64,000 nt of DNA from Thermoanaerobaculia bacterium. GTDB lineage: Bacteria; Acidobacteriota; Thermoanaerobaculia; Gp7-AA8. A model generated the notes under the pieces. That model was not told where the DNA came from and ran no database searches. It saw only the letters and a program-made list of their open reading frames with translations. Shown piece after piece: positions 25,059 through 34,088 of the stretch; the stretch's first letter is position 1, and each line of letters begins with the position of its first letter. The stretch is from positions 3,502-67,501 of the forward strand of contig JBHEPS010000001.1 in NCBI GenBank assembly GCA_046260175.1. The letters are read 5' to 3'. The position numbers and the translations under genes are program-made.

Positions 25059-26039
25059 CTACTCTCCGATGCCGAAGGCGGCTCGGCCGCCCCTGGGCTC
25101 GGTCGGGAACTCCGCAAGAAGCCCCTCGTACTCGGGTAACTCCCCGATGCATGCCCGAATCGTGGTCAGCGTCGGAGGAATGTAAGCCAGATAGTGGTGG
25201 CGTCGGCGAGCGATGGATTGTCTTGCGAAGGTCCCCACGATCTTGATGGATCGCTGTAGCAGCGTCTCGGCGTACCGTTTCCGGAGGCCGGCGTCGCCGC
25301 CGGAACGCTCGCGATAATACTCGATGAGACGCTCCTCGGCATCCGTCCCGAGCGCCCGTACGATTCCGCGGTCGCGAAGAAGGGATGCGAGGTCGTATGT
25401 ATCCGGGCCCAATCTCAAGTCTTGATAATCGATAACAAATATCTCATCGTTAAATAAATGGATATTTTGACCATGAAAATCACGATGACATAAGACGTAA
25501 GGATGCCGGCTGATCGCGGCGCTGAGCTGGTCGAACCATTGGGTCAAACGGTCGAGCTGGCGGGGGTCCGAGATCGCGCACGCCTGTTCCACCCAGAACT
25601 CGCGGGTCATCGCGAGCTCACGCTGGAAGTCGTCCGCGGCGAAGGGCGGGTTGATCGCTCCGGCGTCCGATGAGCTCTGAAACCCGATTAGAAGGTCGAT
25701 CGCGCGGCGATAGAGATCCCGCCCCTTTTCGGGCTCGGTCTCGAGAATCTCGAACAGGGTGAGGTCGCCCACGTCCTGCTGGACGATGGCGCAAAGGCCG
25801 TGGTGGAGAATCCGTGGGACGCGTGTGACCGGAGAGAGGGCGCCGTAGGCTCCTACGAATCGCCGGATCTGCTCGCGCACCGGCTCCGGATAGTACGCCG
25901 CCATCAACCGCTCTCCCCCCGGGAGGGAGATGCGGAAGTAACCGCGCGTGGAAGCATCGCCGGGGAGCGCTTCGATCTCGAAACGCTCCCCGAGACGCTC
26001 GCGCAGGTAAGTTACGAGCTCTCGCGGCGTTTCGGCCAT
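25059..26039 (-). CDS. APH-family phosphotransferase (aminoglycoside-phosphotransferase / AmgK-like small-molecule kinase fold)
   Basis: Brenner motif HRDFHGQNIHL and DFG-equivalent VIDYQD. The N-terminal lobe carries a conserved Lys. The substrate is unknown. Confidence 0.7.
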   Translation of the reverse strand: MAETPRELVTYLRERLGERFEIEALPGDASTRGYFRISLPGGERLMAAYYPEPVREQIRRFVGAYGALSPVTRVPRILHHGLCAIVQQDVGDLTLFEILETEPEKGRDLYRRAIDLLIGFQSSSDAGAINPPFAADDFQRELAMTREFWVEQACAISDPRQLDRLTQWFDQLSAAISRHPYVLCHRDFHGQNIHLFNDEIFVIDYQDLRLGPDTYDLASLLRDRGIVRALGTDAEERLIEYYRERSGGDAGLRKRYAETLLQRSIKIVGTFARQSIARRRHHYLAYIPPTLTTIRACIGELPEYEGLLAEFPTEPRGGRAAFGIGE

Positions 26040-26097
26040 GGTCCGTCACCGGCCATAAATGCGGATTCGGGGCCAGTGGGGAAGGGCCGAACCTGCC

Positions 26098-26748
26098 TCA
26101 CTGCTGGTCTGCAGCACGGACGGCGATCGACTCGATTCGGACCGGCTCGTCCGGATTCTCTTTTCCCTTGCCGGCTTCGACGATGGCGTCGGCGACATCC
26201 ATTCCGCTGACGACCTCACCGAACACGGTGTACTGGCCGTCGAGGAAGTTGGAGTCCTTGACCACGATGAAGAACTGGGAGGAGGCGCTGTTCGGATTTC
26301 CCGCGCGGGCCATCGACACGATGCCGCGGCGATGCGGAGTGTCGTTGAACTCGGCGTCGAGGTAATTCCCCGAGCCGCCGGTGCCCCAGCTTCCGCGGTT
26401 GTCGGTCTTGGTGTTCGGATCGCCGCCCTGAATCATGAAGCCTGGGATCACGCGATGAAAGCGAACGCCATCGTAGTAGCCGCTCTCGGCCAGATCGATG
26501 AAGTTGCGCACGTGGTTCGGTGCTTTGTCGGGGAAGAAGCGGATCGAGATCGTTCCCTTCTCCGTCTTGATGTCGGCGATCTTGTCGGTGTAGTGGGACA
26601 TTGGTTTCTCCTCTTCGGCGGTTGCCGTCTCTACGGTGGTGGCAGCCGCGGTCTCGGTTTTCACGGCGGTGACCTCGGGAGGCGGTGCGCCGTTGCAGGA
26701 TGCAAACGCCATGGCGATCAGGAACGGGAAAAGGGCGAATCGAGTCAT
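26098..26748 (-). CDS. Cyclophilin-type peptidyl-prolyl cis-trans isomerase, lipoprotein
   Basis: Lipobox AFASC. Cyclophilin core motifs FHRVIPGFMIQGGD, GNYLDAEF, SMARAG and QFFIV. Confidence 0.85.
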   Translation of the reverse strand: MTRFALFPFLIAMAFASCNGAPPPEVTAVKTETAAATTVETATAEEEKPMSHYTDKIADIKTEKGTISIRFFPDKAPNHVRNFIDLAESGYYDGVRFHRVIPGFMIQGGDPNTKTDNRGSWGTGGSGNYLDAEFNDTPHRRGIVSMARAGNPNSASSQFFIVVKDSNFLDGQYTVFGEVVSGMDVADAIVEAGKGKENPDEPVRIESIAVRAADQQ

Positions 26749-26828
26749 GACGACCTCCGTCGATTGATTGTGTCGGCGCTACTCGATTCGATCCGGGGGG
26801 AAAAGTCAACCCGGCTGGAGCGTGGGGG

Positions 26829-28463
26829 TCAGCGCAGGACGCGAATCTGGATGGTTCCTTCGGTCGCCTTCAGCACGACCTTGCGCCCGCCCGAGTTCAG
26901 GGCGCCGGTGGCCCGGATCCTGATCTTGTTACCGGCCGTCTCCCGAACGATCGCGAGGCCGGCGATCTCCGAAGTGATCGCCCCGCCGCTCTGCGAGGTC
27001 GTCTCGAGGATCGCCTCGACATCGGCTTTGAATCCGGGCGGAACGAAGAGGATCACGTTTCCTCCCGCGGTCTCCGCCGTGATGGTCTCCGTCTGCACCT
27101 TGGGGTCGACGTAGATGACGACGTCGCCCGAGCGGGTCTCTGCCTTGACCGATGCCCCGGCACTCCTGAGGATCACGTCGCCTCCGCCGGAGCGGAGCGA
27201 AATGGGGCCGCCGGAGCGCAGGACCTGGATATTGCCTCCCTCCGTAGCGGCGGTTCCTCCAAGGCGTGCGTGGCGGACATAGATGTCGCCGACCGAGGTT
27301 CGAGCGTCGAGAGATCCGGCGACTTCTCCGACGTGGAGTGAGCCGCCGTCGGAGCGAAGCAGCCCTTTTCCGCCCACCCGCCCCAGAACGATCTCGCCGG
27401 CGCGGGTCGCCACGTTCACGTCGCCGGCCACTTCACCGACGAAGATGCTTCCGAGCGGGGCGTCGAGCCGGAAGTCACCCTTGACGCTGGCCTGTTGGGT
27501 GACGAACTGGCGGGCGCTGGGAGGCCGGAGAAGCATCGTCGAGGCGACGCGCTGATACGTGGCGCGAAGCTCGGGACGAAGGGGCTCGGGGCCTCTCGCG
27601 ACCGAAGTCGCCGGAGCCGGTTTGCCCCCAGGCGGGGGGACCAGCGCGCGGGCGGAGGCGATCGCCTCGTTAGCCGCGTTCAGGTGCGTGTCGGACATCA
27701 TCGCCGCGGTCCGGATGAACGGCGTGTTCGCCCGACGGACCACGGCCTGGAAGCGCTTGGTCCCTTCCTGATCCCGGGTCTTCCCATCGAGGGGGATCGT
27801 GGTGTAGATCCCCCCGCGGACGGTCTCGGCGACCCAGTTGAACCCGATCTCGCCATGCAGACGAAGCTCGATCGGCCCGTTCACGCTCGACAGACGCCAG
27901 TCGTTGGAGATGGCGGTGTTGAGGTCCGCCAGGATGTGGCCGTTGACGGTGTCGACGTGCACGGGGCCGCTCACACCGGCCAGGATGATCTTTCCGTTCA
28001 CGTTCCTGACGTTGACCGCTCCGCGGACGTTGGTGATGCTGATTTGTTCTCCGCTGACCGTGGCGACGGTCAGCCGGATTCCCGCGGGAACTTCCACGCG
28101 GTAAGAGACCACGCTCTGCCAACGGTCGTTGCGGAGCGGATAGGGAAGGCTGGTCTTGAGGATCCGTGTCTTGTGGTCTCCACCGACGGCAAGAGCCGTT
28201 TTCGAGCGCCCCTCCTGCAGGGCCTCGATGTCGACCGCGCGCACCGCCTTGATGGCCTCCCAACGAACGTTGGGCTGCGCGGTGCCGACGACGATGACCG
28301 AGCCGATTGGATTGTCGATCAGGAGCGAGCCGTCCGCCTCGAGCGACGCGACGCTGCGGATGCGTTCCGTGCTCACCTTTTCGGCGAACACAGGAGCCGC
28401 AACGATCGCCAGCCCGGCAATCGCGAGGATCCAGCGACGATTACCCGTCATGACGGATCTCAC
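26829..28463 (-). CDS. DUF4097-type beta-strand repeat protein (putative adhesin/YvlB-like), secreted
   Basis: Signal peptide, then a repetitive G-x-I/V-x-V pattern (GDVNVATRAGEIVLGRVGG..., SGGPISLRSGGGDVILRS...). It is co-oriented with, and overlaps, the upstream anti-sigma gene. Confidence 0.55.
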   Translation of the reverse strand: MRSVMTGNRRWILAIAGLAIVAAPVFAEKVSTERIRSVASLEADGSLLIDNPIGSVIVVGTAQPNVRWEAIKAVRAVDIEALQEGRSKTALAVGGDHKTRILKTSLPYPLRNDRWQSVVSYRVEVPAGIRLTVATVSGEQISITNVRGAVNVRNVNGKIILAGVSGPVHVDTVNGHILADLNTAISNDWRLSSVNGPIELRLHGEIGFNWVAETVRGGIYTTIPLDGKTRDQEGTKRFQAVVRRANTPFIRTAAMMSDTHLNAANEAIASARALVPPPGGKPAPATSVARGPEPLRPELRATYQRVASTMLLRPPSARQFVTQQASVKGDFRLDAPLGSIFVGEVAGDVNVATRAGEIVLGRVGGKGLLRSDGGSLHVGEVAGSLDARTSVGDIYVRHARLGGTAATEGGNIQVLRSGGPISLRSGGGDVILRSAGASVKAETRSGDVVIYVDPKVQTETITAETAGGNVILFVPPGFKADVEAILETTSQSGGAITSEIAGLAIVRETAGNKIRIRATGALNSGGRKVVLKATEGTIQIRVLR

Positions 28464-29449
28464 AGATCGATCTGCTCCAGGGCTTCGGCAGCCTTGACGC
28501 GGATGTGGAGGATTTCGTCGTCCTGCGACGCCTTCTGGCGAAGCCCGTCGACCATCGACGAATCGAGTGAACCTGACTGGGCGAGATTCGACAGAGCCTC
28601 AACCGCCTTCAGGCGCACTCCGGGGTTCGGGTCATTCCGGAGCGCTTCGACCAGGGCGGCCTGGGTATCGCTCAGGGGGTCCCACGGCAGCGACTTGAGG
28701 GCGTCGATCGCTTTCAGGCGAACGCCCTCGTTACGGTCGCTTCTGAGAACGCGCGCAAGAGCCTGGGTCAGCTCCGGGGTCGATTTTCCTGCCGCCGACC
28801 AGTTGTCGCTGACCCATTGAATCGTCGTCGACCTCGAATGCGTCGTGTTCTGCGGGCTCTCGAGAACGTAGGCGAGAAGGCGCCCGAGGCTCTCGTCGCC
28901 CGCCTGGCCCGTAACCGTGACGTCCGAAGTGATCTCGAAGGCCAGCTGGAGGCCCGACCCGTCGGGTTCCTGCAGGAAGCGGACGTTGTCGATCCTCGGG
29001 GCGCCCTCGATCTCAGGTGAGAGCTGCGAGGAAGGAATCACCCTGTGGGAGACGAGTTGGTAAGGCGTCTCGATCGTCGCAGGGGCCGCTGCCGTCTGGC
29101 CCGGTCCGACCGAAGCCCTCTGCCCCGCGAAGAAAGATCCTCCGACCAGCACGGCCACGGCGGCGGCCTGTGCCAACCATCGGAAGGCCGGGCGCTGAAC
29201 GAACGGCACGACGATTCCGCTCGTGCGCTCAACCCCGATCTCGTCGAGAAATGCGTCGCGCAACCCGGCCGGAACGGGCCTTTCTTCGACCTTGCCCAGG
29301 GTGGTCCATACATCGCGATGACCGGCCCAGGCCTCGCGGCAGGAAGCGCAGCTCTCGACGTGCAGGTGTGCCGACTCACGCTCATCGCCGCCGAGAAACT
29401 CGGTCAGCATCAGCGGCATCAACTCACGGACTACATCACATTCAGACAT
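28460..29449 (-). CDS. Anti-sigma factor (zf-HC2-like N-terminus, TM helix, periplasmic HEAT-repeat domain)
   Basis: N-terminal H/C cluster (HLHVESCASC). TM helix AVAVLVGGSFFAG. C-terminal HEAT-like repeats (VRLKAIDALKSL...; NPGVRLKAVEALSNL). It overlaps the sigma gene by 19 nt. Confidence 0.6.
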   Translation of the reverse strand: MSECDVVRELMPLMLTEFLGGDERESAHLHVESCASCREAWAGHRDVWTTLGKVEERPVPAGLRDAFLDEIGVERTSGIVVPFVQRPAFRWLAQAAAVAVLVGGSFFAGQRASVGPGQTAAAPATIETPYQLVSHRVIPSSQLSPEIEGAPRIDNVRFLQEPDGSGLQLAFEITSDVTVTGQAGDESLGRLLAYVLESPQNTTHSRSTTIQWVSDNWSAAGKSTPELTQALARVLRSDRNEGVRLKAIDALKSLPWDPLSDTQAALVEALRNDPNPGVRLKAVEALSNLAQSGSLDSSMVDGLRQKASQDDEILHIRVKAAEALEQIDL

Positions 29450-30039
29450 CGGTCGCCTCCCGCTTCATCCGCCGAGAGCACCTTCTTGAGGGTCTCCATC
29501 GCACGGAACACGCGCGTCTTGACAGCCCCCTCCGAGCAGCCCGCGATCCGGGCGATTTCCGCATAGGAGAGCCCCTGATAACGGGAGAGCAGGATCGCCT
29601 CCCTCTGCTCCGGAGTCAGCATCTGCAACGCGTTCTGCACGCGCAATTCGTCTTCCTTGATTTCCATGTTCCGCTCCGGCGAAGGCTGGCTGCTGTCCGC
29701 CAGGGTCAACAGCGTCTCTTCCGGTTCCTTCGGGCGGTTGTCCGCCTTTCGAAGATGGTCGCGGCAGTGATTCGCCGTGATCGAAAACAACCACGTCGAA
29801 AGCTTTGCGTCACCGTGAAACTGCTTCGCATACCGGATCATCTTCACGAACACTTCCTGGGTCGCATCCTCGGCCGCCTCCGGAGTCCTCAGAAACCGGT
29901 ACGCGAAGTTGTAGATCCGCGCGCTGTAGCGATCGAAGATTTCGCCTGCAGGGCTGAGGTCGCCTTCCTGGAGGAGTTTCATCAACTCCTGATCGCTCAG
30001 GCGCTTCATCCCTGACTCTGATTTGTTCGACGGACTCAT
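29431..30039 (-). CDS. ECF (sigma-70 family group IV) RNA polymerase sigma factor
   Basis: Region 2 (ATQEVFVKMIRY...WLFSITANHCRDHLR) and region 4 HTH (LSYAEIARIAGCSEGAVKTRVFRAMETL). Confidence 0.85.
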   Translation of the reverse strand: MSPSNKSESGMKRLSDQELMKLLQEGDLSPAGEIFDRYSARIYNFAYRFLRTPEAAEDATQEVFVKMIRYAKQFHGDAKLSTWLFSITANHCRDHLRKADNRPKEPEETLLTLADSSQPSPERNMEIKEDELRVQNALQMLTPEQREAILLSRYQGLSYAEIARIAGCSEGAVKTRVFRAMETLKKVLSADEAGGDRCLNVM

Positions 30040-30106
30040 TGCGGAAAGGTTACGGCCCCTGTTCCAGGGGTATGCGTGTCGAGAACAACCTCAACCGCGC
30101 TTCGAT

Positions 30107-31318
30107 TCACGCGGGCTCGCCGAGGGGGCTTATTCCCTTCTCCAGGGCGACCTCAGCCTCCGGGCCGCGGCCCGTCGCAACCAGCGTCAGGGCCCACACA
30201 TCGAGCATGTTCAGCAGGACTTCCGTGTCGCCGAAGTTGTACTCGAACAGGCCTGCCACGAACAGGCCGCAGGCAGCCGCGATTCCCCCCTCGGCCCACC
30301 CCCGGGTTCCTTCCAGCCTCCTCCTCCGCAGCGCGGCCCTCAGAAACTCCCACTGGAGCATCAGGTACGCCGCCAGAGCCAGCAGGCCCCTCTCTGCCCA
30401 GAGCTGGAGGACGTTGTTGTGGAGATGCGGAATCCGGAACCGCGGCGCGTCCGGCCTCCGGTAGAGGGGGTAGGTCTCCTTGACGTTCGAAGGTCCTACC
30501 CCGAGGATCGGATGGTCCCGGATCATCTCGATCCCCCCCTGCGCCATTCGGATGCGGTCGAGCACCGAAGTCTGCCGGAAGTCGAAACTGGAGATCAGCC
30601 TGGCGAAGACCGGAAGGGGCGCGAACGTGACCGCCAGGATCAGCAGCGGGACGATCCAGGCGATCACGCGCGGCTTCCACAGCAGGGCAAGGACGAAGAC
30701 CCCGGCCAGCCATCCGAGCCAGGCACCCCGGGTGAAGGTCAGAAGAAGCGCCAGGGATGTGAGCGCGGCGGTCACGGCGGCGAGCTTTCTCGTCCCAGCT
30801 ACCCGGATCGAGAGAAGCGAGAGCGGAAGAAGGATCCCGGAGTACGTCATGACGTGCGCGGTCGTCCCCGCGATGCGCCGCTCGATCTCGTCGCCCCCGA
30901 AAAAGCCGTACTGCAGCAGCCCGTAAGCCGACTGCGCAGCTCCGAGAGCCAGCAGTGCGGTGAAGGCGACGCGGGCCGAGCCCTTGACCGACGTATAGAG
31001 AATCAAAGCCAGAGGAAATGCGAGGAAGGGGAAGAACTCATTCGCCTGGCGGAGTGAGGTCAGCGGCCGGTACGAGGCCGCCGCGGAAGCGATGGAAGCG
31101 ACGACGAAGATGACGAGGGGGACGTAGATCGGGTGAAACGGGATGCGCACGTCGCCGCGACGCCAGGCGATGAAGGCCGCGATCAGGGCGACTCCCAGGA
31201 GGATCTCGGAGGTTGCGATCCACCCCTGCCCGAGGATGTGACCGACATAAGCGATCCAGGCAACCCGGAGAGGGCGGGATTCGGGAAGGAGGGGCTCGAT
31301 CCGGTCGAACAGACTCAC
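30107..31318 (-). CDS. O-antigen ligase (Wzy_C) family polytopic membrane protein
   Basis: About 10 predicted TM helices. A periplasmic loop with Wzy_C-like conservation (LGVGPSNVKETYPLY...HLHNNVLQLWAERG). Confidence 0.65.
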   Translation of the reverse strand: MSLFDRIEPLLPESRPLRVAWIAYVGHILGQGWIATSEILLGVALIAAFIAWRRGDVRIPFHPIYVPLVIFVVASIASAAASYRPLTSLRQANEFFPFLAFPLALILYTSVKGSARVAFTALLALGAAQSAYGLLQYGFFGGDEIERRIAGTTAHVMTYSGILLPLSLLSIRVAGTRKLAAVTAALTSLALLLTFTRGAWLGWLAGVFVLALLWKPRVIAWIVPLLILAVTFAPLPVFARLISSFDFRQTSVLDRIRMAQGGIEMIRDHPILGVGPSNVKETYPLYRRPDAPRFRIPHLHNNVLQLWAERGLLALAAYLMLQWEFLRAALRRRRLEGTRGWAEGGIAAACGLFVAGLFEYNFGDTEVLLNMLDVWALTLVATGRGPEAEVALEKGISPLGEPA

Positions 31319-31322
31319 CCGA

Positions 31323-31562
31323 CTACGATTCGAGAATCGCCTCCTCGACGAGCATCACGGGGATGTTGCTGACGACCGGGTAGATCCGGCCGCAGCGGAC
31401 GCATCGAAGACCTTCCTCGACGACCGGCTCTTCGCCGCGGAACTTGTCGCGGTAACGATCGCGCAGCTCGGTGCGCCGGGTCTCGTCGAGTGCGACGACT
31501 TTGACCTCGTCTTTGCAGAGAGGGCAGGCGAGAATCTCGAGAAGCTCCGTATCGACCGGCAT
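31323..31562 (-). CDS. Trm112-family small zinc-ribbon protein
   Basis: LLEILACPLCKDEV...LRCVRCGRIYPVVSNIPVML is the Trm112/DUF343 signature. Start chosen at MPVDTELLE. Confidence 0.7.
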   Translation of the reverse strand: MPVDTELLEILACPLCKDEVKVVALDETRRTELRDRYRDKFRGEEPVVEEGLRCVRCGRIYPVVSNIPVMLVEEAILES

Positions 31563-31641
31563 GGCGAGGCGTAGTTTATCATGCGGCCCTCCACGCAGAA
31601 GGCATACGAAACGGGGATCCGCCCGGGAGAAATCGACAGAC

Positions 31642-32733
31642 GTGGCAGCCTCCGCCGAGACCATCCTTCATCTCGCCTCGTTCGACCGGTGGACGGGAGC
31701 CGCCGCCCCGGCTTTATCCGAGGTCGAAGCGCTCAGGAGACGCGGCGTCGAGTCCCACTACGGATACGTCGGCGGCGGAGGGTTGGAACGAAGGGTGGGT
31801 GCGTTGCCGTTCACCCATCCCGTGCTCGGCCGGGAGCAGGACCCGGTCCGGGCCGTCAAGGCTGCGCGCCGTCTTCGCGACCTCATTGAACGAACCCGCG
31901 CGACTGTCGTCCATGCGCACCTGACCCATGATCACTGGATGGCTCGACTCGCCGTCCGCGAGCTCGATCAGGTGCTTCTCATAAGGACGTTCCACTCGAG
32001 GCGGACGATCCGGCGAGACCCCGTGACGCGGTGGCTTCTGGCCCGCTCGGCCGGGATCTGCGTCATCAACGCGACTTTTATGGGCGCCCCGGCCCTCGCG
32101 GGGTGGCCGGTGACGTTCACTCCCCCTCCAGTGGACGAGACCGTGTTCGTCCGGGGCCCCGGGGTTCGCGGCCGCTACGGGATCCCGGACGGAGTTCCGC
32201 TGCTGGGATTCATCGGGAAGGTGGCCCGCGACCGGGGATTCGAGGACGCAATCCGGATTCTGGTCCTCGTGCGGCGCATTCATCCACGCGCTCGACTTCT
32301 GATCATCGGGAAAGGTCCGCACCGGGCGGCGCTCGAGGAGTTGTCGCGAGCCCTGGGGGTCGCCGAGGCCGTGATCTGGGCCGGCTATCACGAGGAGGAT
32401 CTGGTCGAGCACCTCCGGACACCCGATCTGATGCTGTTCACCGCTCCGGGCTCGGACGAGGGTCATCGGGCGATCGTGGAGGCGCTGTGCTGCGGAATCC
32501 CCGTTGTGTCCTACCCGCTTTTCGGAGTGAGAGAGCTGATGGGTCCGCTCGGGGACCGGCTGCTGGCGCCGGAGTCCACTCCCGAGGCTGCAGCCGCCGT
32601 GTGCGACGCGCTGCTGAGCGGCCGGCAGGTCATTGATCCGGACGAGTGCGAGCGCGCGACAGAGCCATCTCGTTACCCTGCCGCGGCCGCGCGCCTGGCC
32701 GACTTCTACGCCGCGCTGCGCGCGAGCCGCTGA
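31642..32733 (+). CDS. Glycosyltransferase family 1 (GT4). The GTG start at 31642 is uncertain; an ATG at 31561 would overlap the divergent Trm112 start
   Basis: C-terminal GT1 motifs (LLGFIGKVARDRGFEDAIR, LLIIGKGPHRAALEEL, EGHRAIVEALCCGIPVVSYPLFGVRELM). Confidence 0.6.
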   Translation: MAASAETILHLASFDRWTGAAAPALSEVEALRRRGVESHYGYVGGGGLERRVGALPFTHPVLGREQDPVRAVKAARRLRDLIERTRATVVHAHLTHDHWMARLAVRELDQVLLIRTFHSRRTIRRDPVTRWLLARSAGICVINATFMGAPALAGWPVTFTPPPVDETVFVRGPGVRGRYGIPDGVPLLGFIGKVARDRGFEDAIRILVLVRRIHPRARLLIIGKGPHRAALEELSRALGVAEAVIWAGYHEEDLVEHLRTPDLMLFTAPGSDEGHRAIVEALCCGIPVVSYPLFGVRELMGPLGDRLLAPESTPEAAAAVCDALLSGRQVIDPDECERATEPSRYPAAAARLADFYAALRASR

Positions 32734-32797
32734 TTCGGTGGAAAGGAGCGCCGCAACGCGGGCCGGGGCCGCGCCCATGGGGTAGAATCCCGCCCGC

Positions 32798-34078
32798 ATG
32801 AAGCTCAGCGTAACGAGTGAAATCGGCCGCATCAAGACAGTCCTGGTCCACCTTCCGGGCCGGGAAATCGACCTGATGATGCCCTCGATGATGGAACAGC
32901 TGCTGTTCGACGACATCCTCTACGGGCAGGTCGCTCGCGAGGAGCATCGGAAGTTCCAGCAGGTGATCCGCCAGGTTGCCGACGAGGTCGTGGACATCAA
33001 GGATCTACTCGAGGAAGCTTTCGAGGACGACGAGATCCGGAAGGAGATCCTGGCCGACTTCGCGATGCGGGAGCCGCTGGCGAAAAAGACGCTCTCGAAA
33101 CTCCACGATCTCCCTGCCGGCGAGTTGGCCCATCTTCTGATCGCGGGCATCGAGGCACCGCGACGGAGCAAGACGCTGGCTCATTCGTTCGAGCTCGCGC
33201 CGGTTCCCAACCTCTTCTTCATGCGTGACCCGCAGGTGGTTCTGAGCGACGGCGTGGTCGTCTCGGCGATGGCGACCGAGGCGAGACGAAGAGAGGCGCT
33301 TCTTTCGCGCTACGTATTTGGATTTCACCCGGCGTTCCGGGAGCGGGATCTGTTCTGGATGGACCATCACGAGGATCCCTGGCCGAAGACGGCAGCCGCG
33401 GCGCGCCGGAGGCCGACGCTCGAGGGGGGCGACGTCCTGGTCGCGCGGAGGGATCTTCTGCTCGCAGGAGTGACCGAGAGGACCAATCGAGCGGGAATCG
33501 AGCGCCTCGCCGATTCGCTTCGCGAGAATGGCTCGGACGTTCGGACGATCATCGTGGTCGAGATTCCGCAGAAGCGCTCCTACATGCACCTCGACACGGT
33601 ATTCACGATCACAAACCACCACGAATGCCTGGTCTATCCTCCCGTCATCCTCGAAGGGGGAGCCGAGGAAGCAGACGTTTACGAGCTGGATCTGACTCGG
33701 AAGCAGCTCAGCTACAAGTCGGTTCCCTCACTGCTCGCCGCGATGGCGAACAGGGGTATGGAGCTCGAGCCGATTCCGTGCGGTGGCAGCGACCTGATCG
33801 ACCAGCAGCGCGAACAGTGGACGGATGGCGCGAATACTTTCGCGCTCGCACCGGGAATGATCATCCTGTACGAGCGGAACGTGAAAACTGCCGAGGAGCT
33901 CGATCGCCACGGCTACCACATCATCTATGAAGACGACATTCTCCTCGGCCGCGTGGAGCTCGAGACCTGGACCGACCGCAAGTACGCGATCCAGATCCAG
34001 GGCCATGAGCTCTCGCGCGCACGCGGCGGTCCCCACTGCATGACCATGCCGCTCGAGAGAGAAGTGCTCGAGGACTGA
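32798..34078 (+). CDS. arcA: Arginine deiminase
   Basis: N-terminal VTSEIGRIKTVLVHLPG, the amidinotransferase fold, and the C-terminal catalytic Cys in GGPHCMTMPLERE. Confidence 0.9.
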   Translation: MKLSVTSEIGRIKTVLVHLPGREIDLMMPSMMEQLLFDDILYGQVAREEHRKFQQVIRQVADEVVDIKDLLEEAFEDDEIRKEILADFAMREPLAKKTLSKLHDLPAGELAHLLIAGIEAPRRSKTLAHSFELAPVPNLFFMRDPQVVLSDGVVVSAMATEARRREALLSRYVFGFHPAFRERDLFWMDHHEDPWPKTAAAARRRPTLEGGDVLVARRDLLLAGVTERTNRAGIERLADSLRENGSDVRTIIVVEIPQKRSYMHLDTVFTITNHHECLVYPPVILEGGAEEADVYELDLTRKQLSYKSVPSLLAAMANRGMELEPIPCGGSDLIDQQREQWTDGANTFALAPGMIILYERNVKTAEELDRHGYHIIYEDDILLGRVELETWTDRKYAIQIQGHELSRARGGPHCMTMPLEREVLED

Positions 34079-34088
34079 CGGACTCCCG

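Noticed and set aside
30040-30106. An ECF-type GGAAC -35 element upstream of the sigma factor gene at 30039 (autoregulation)
   Set aside because: GGAAC is present on the minus strand. The spacing to any GTC/CGTC -10-like element is wrong relative to the likely start codons. This is not supportable without TSS data.
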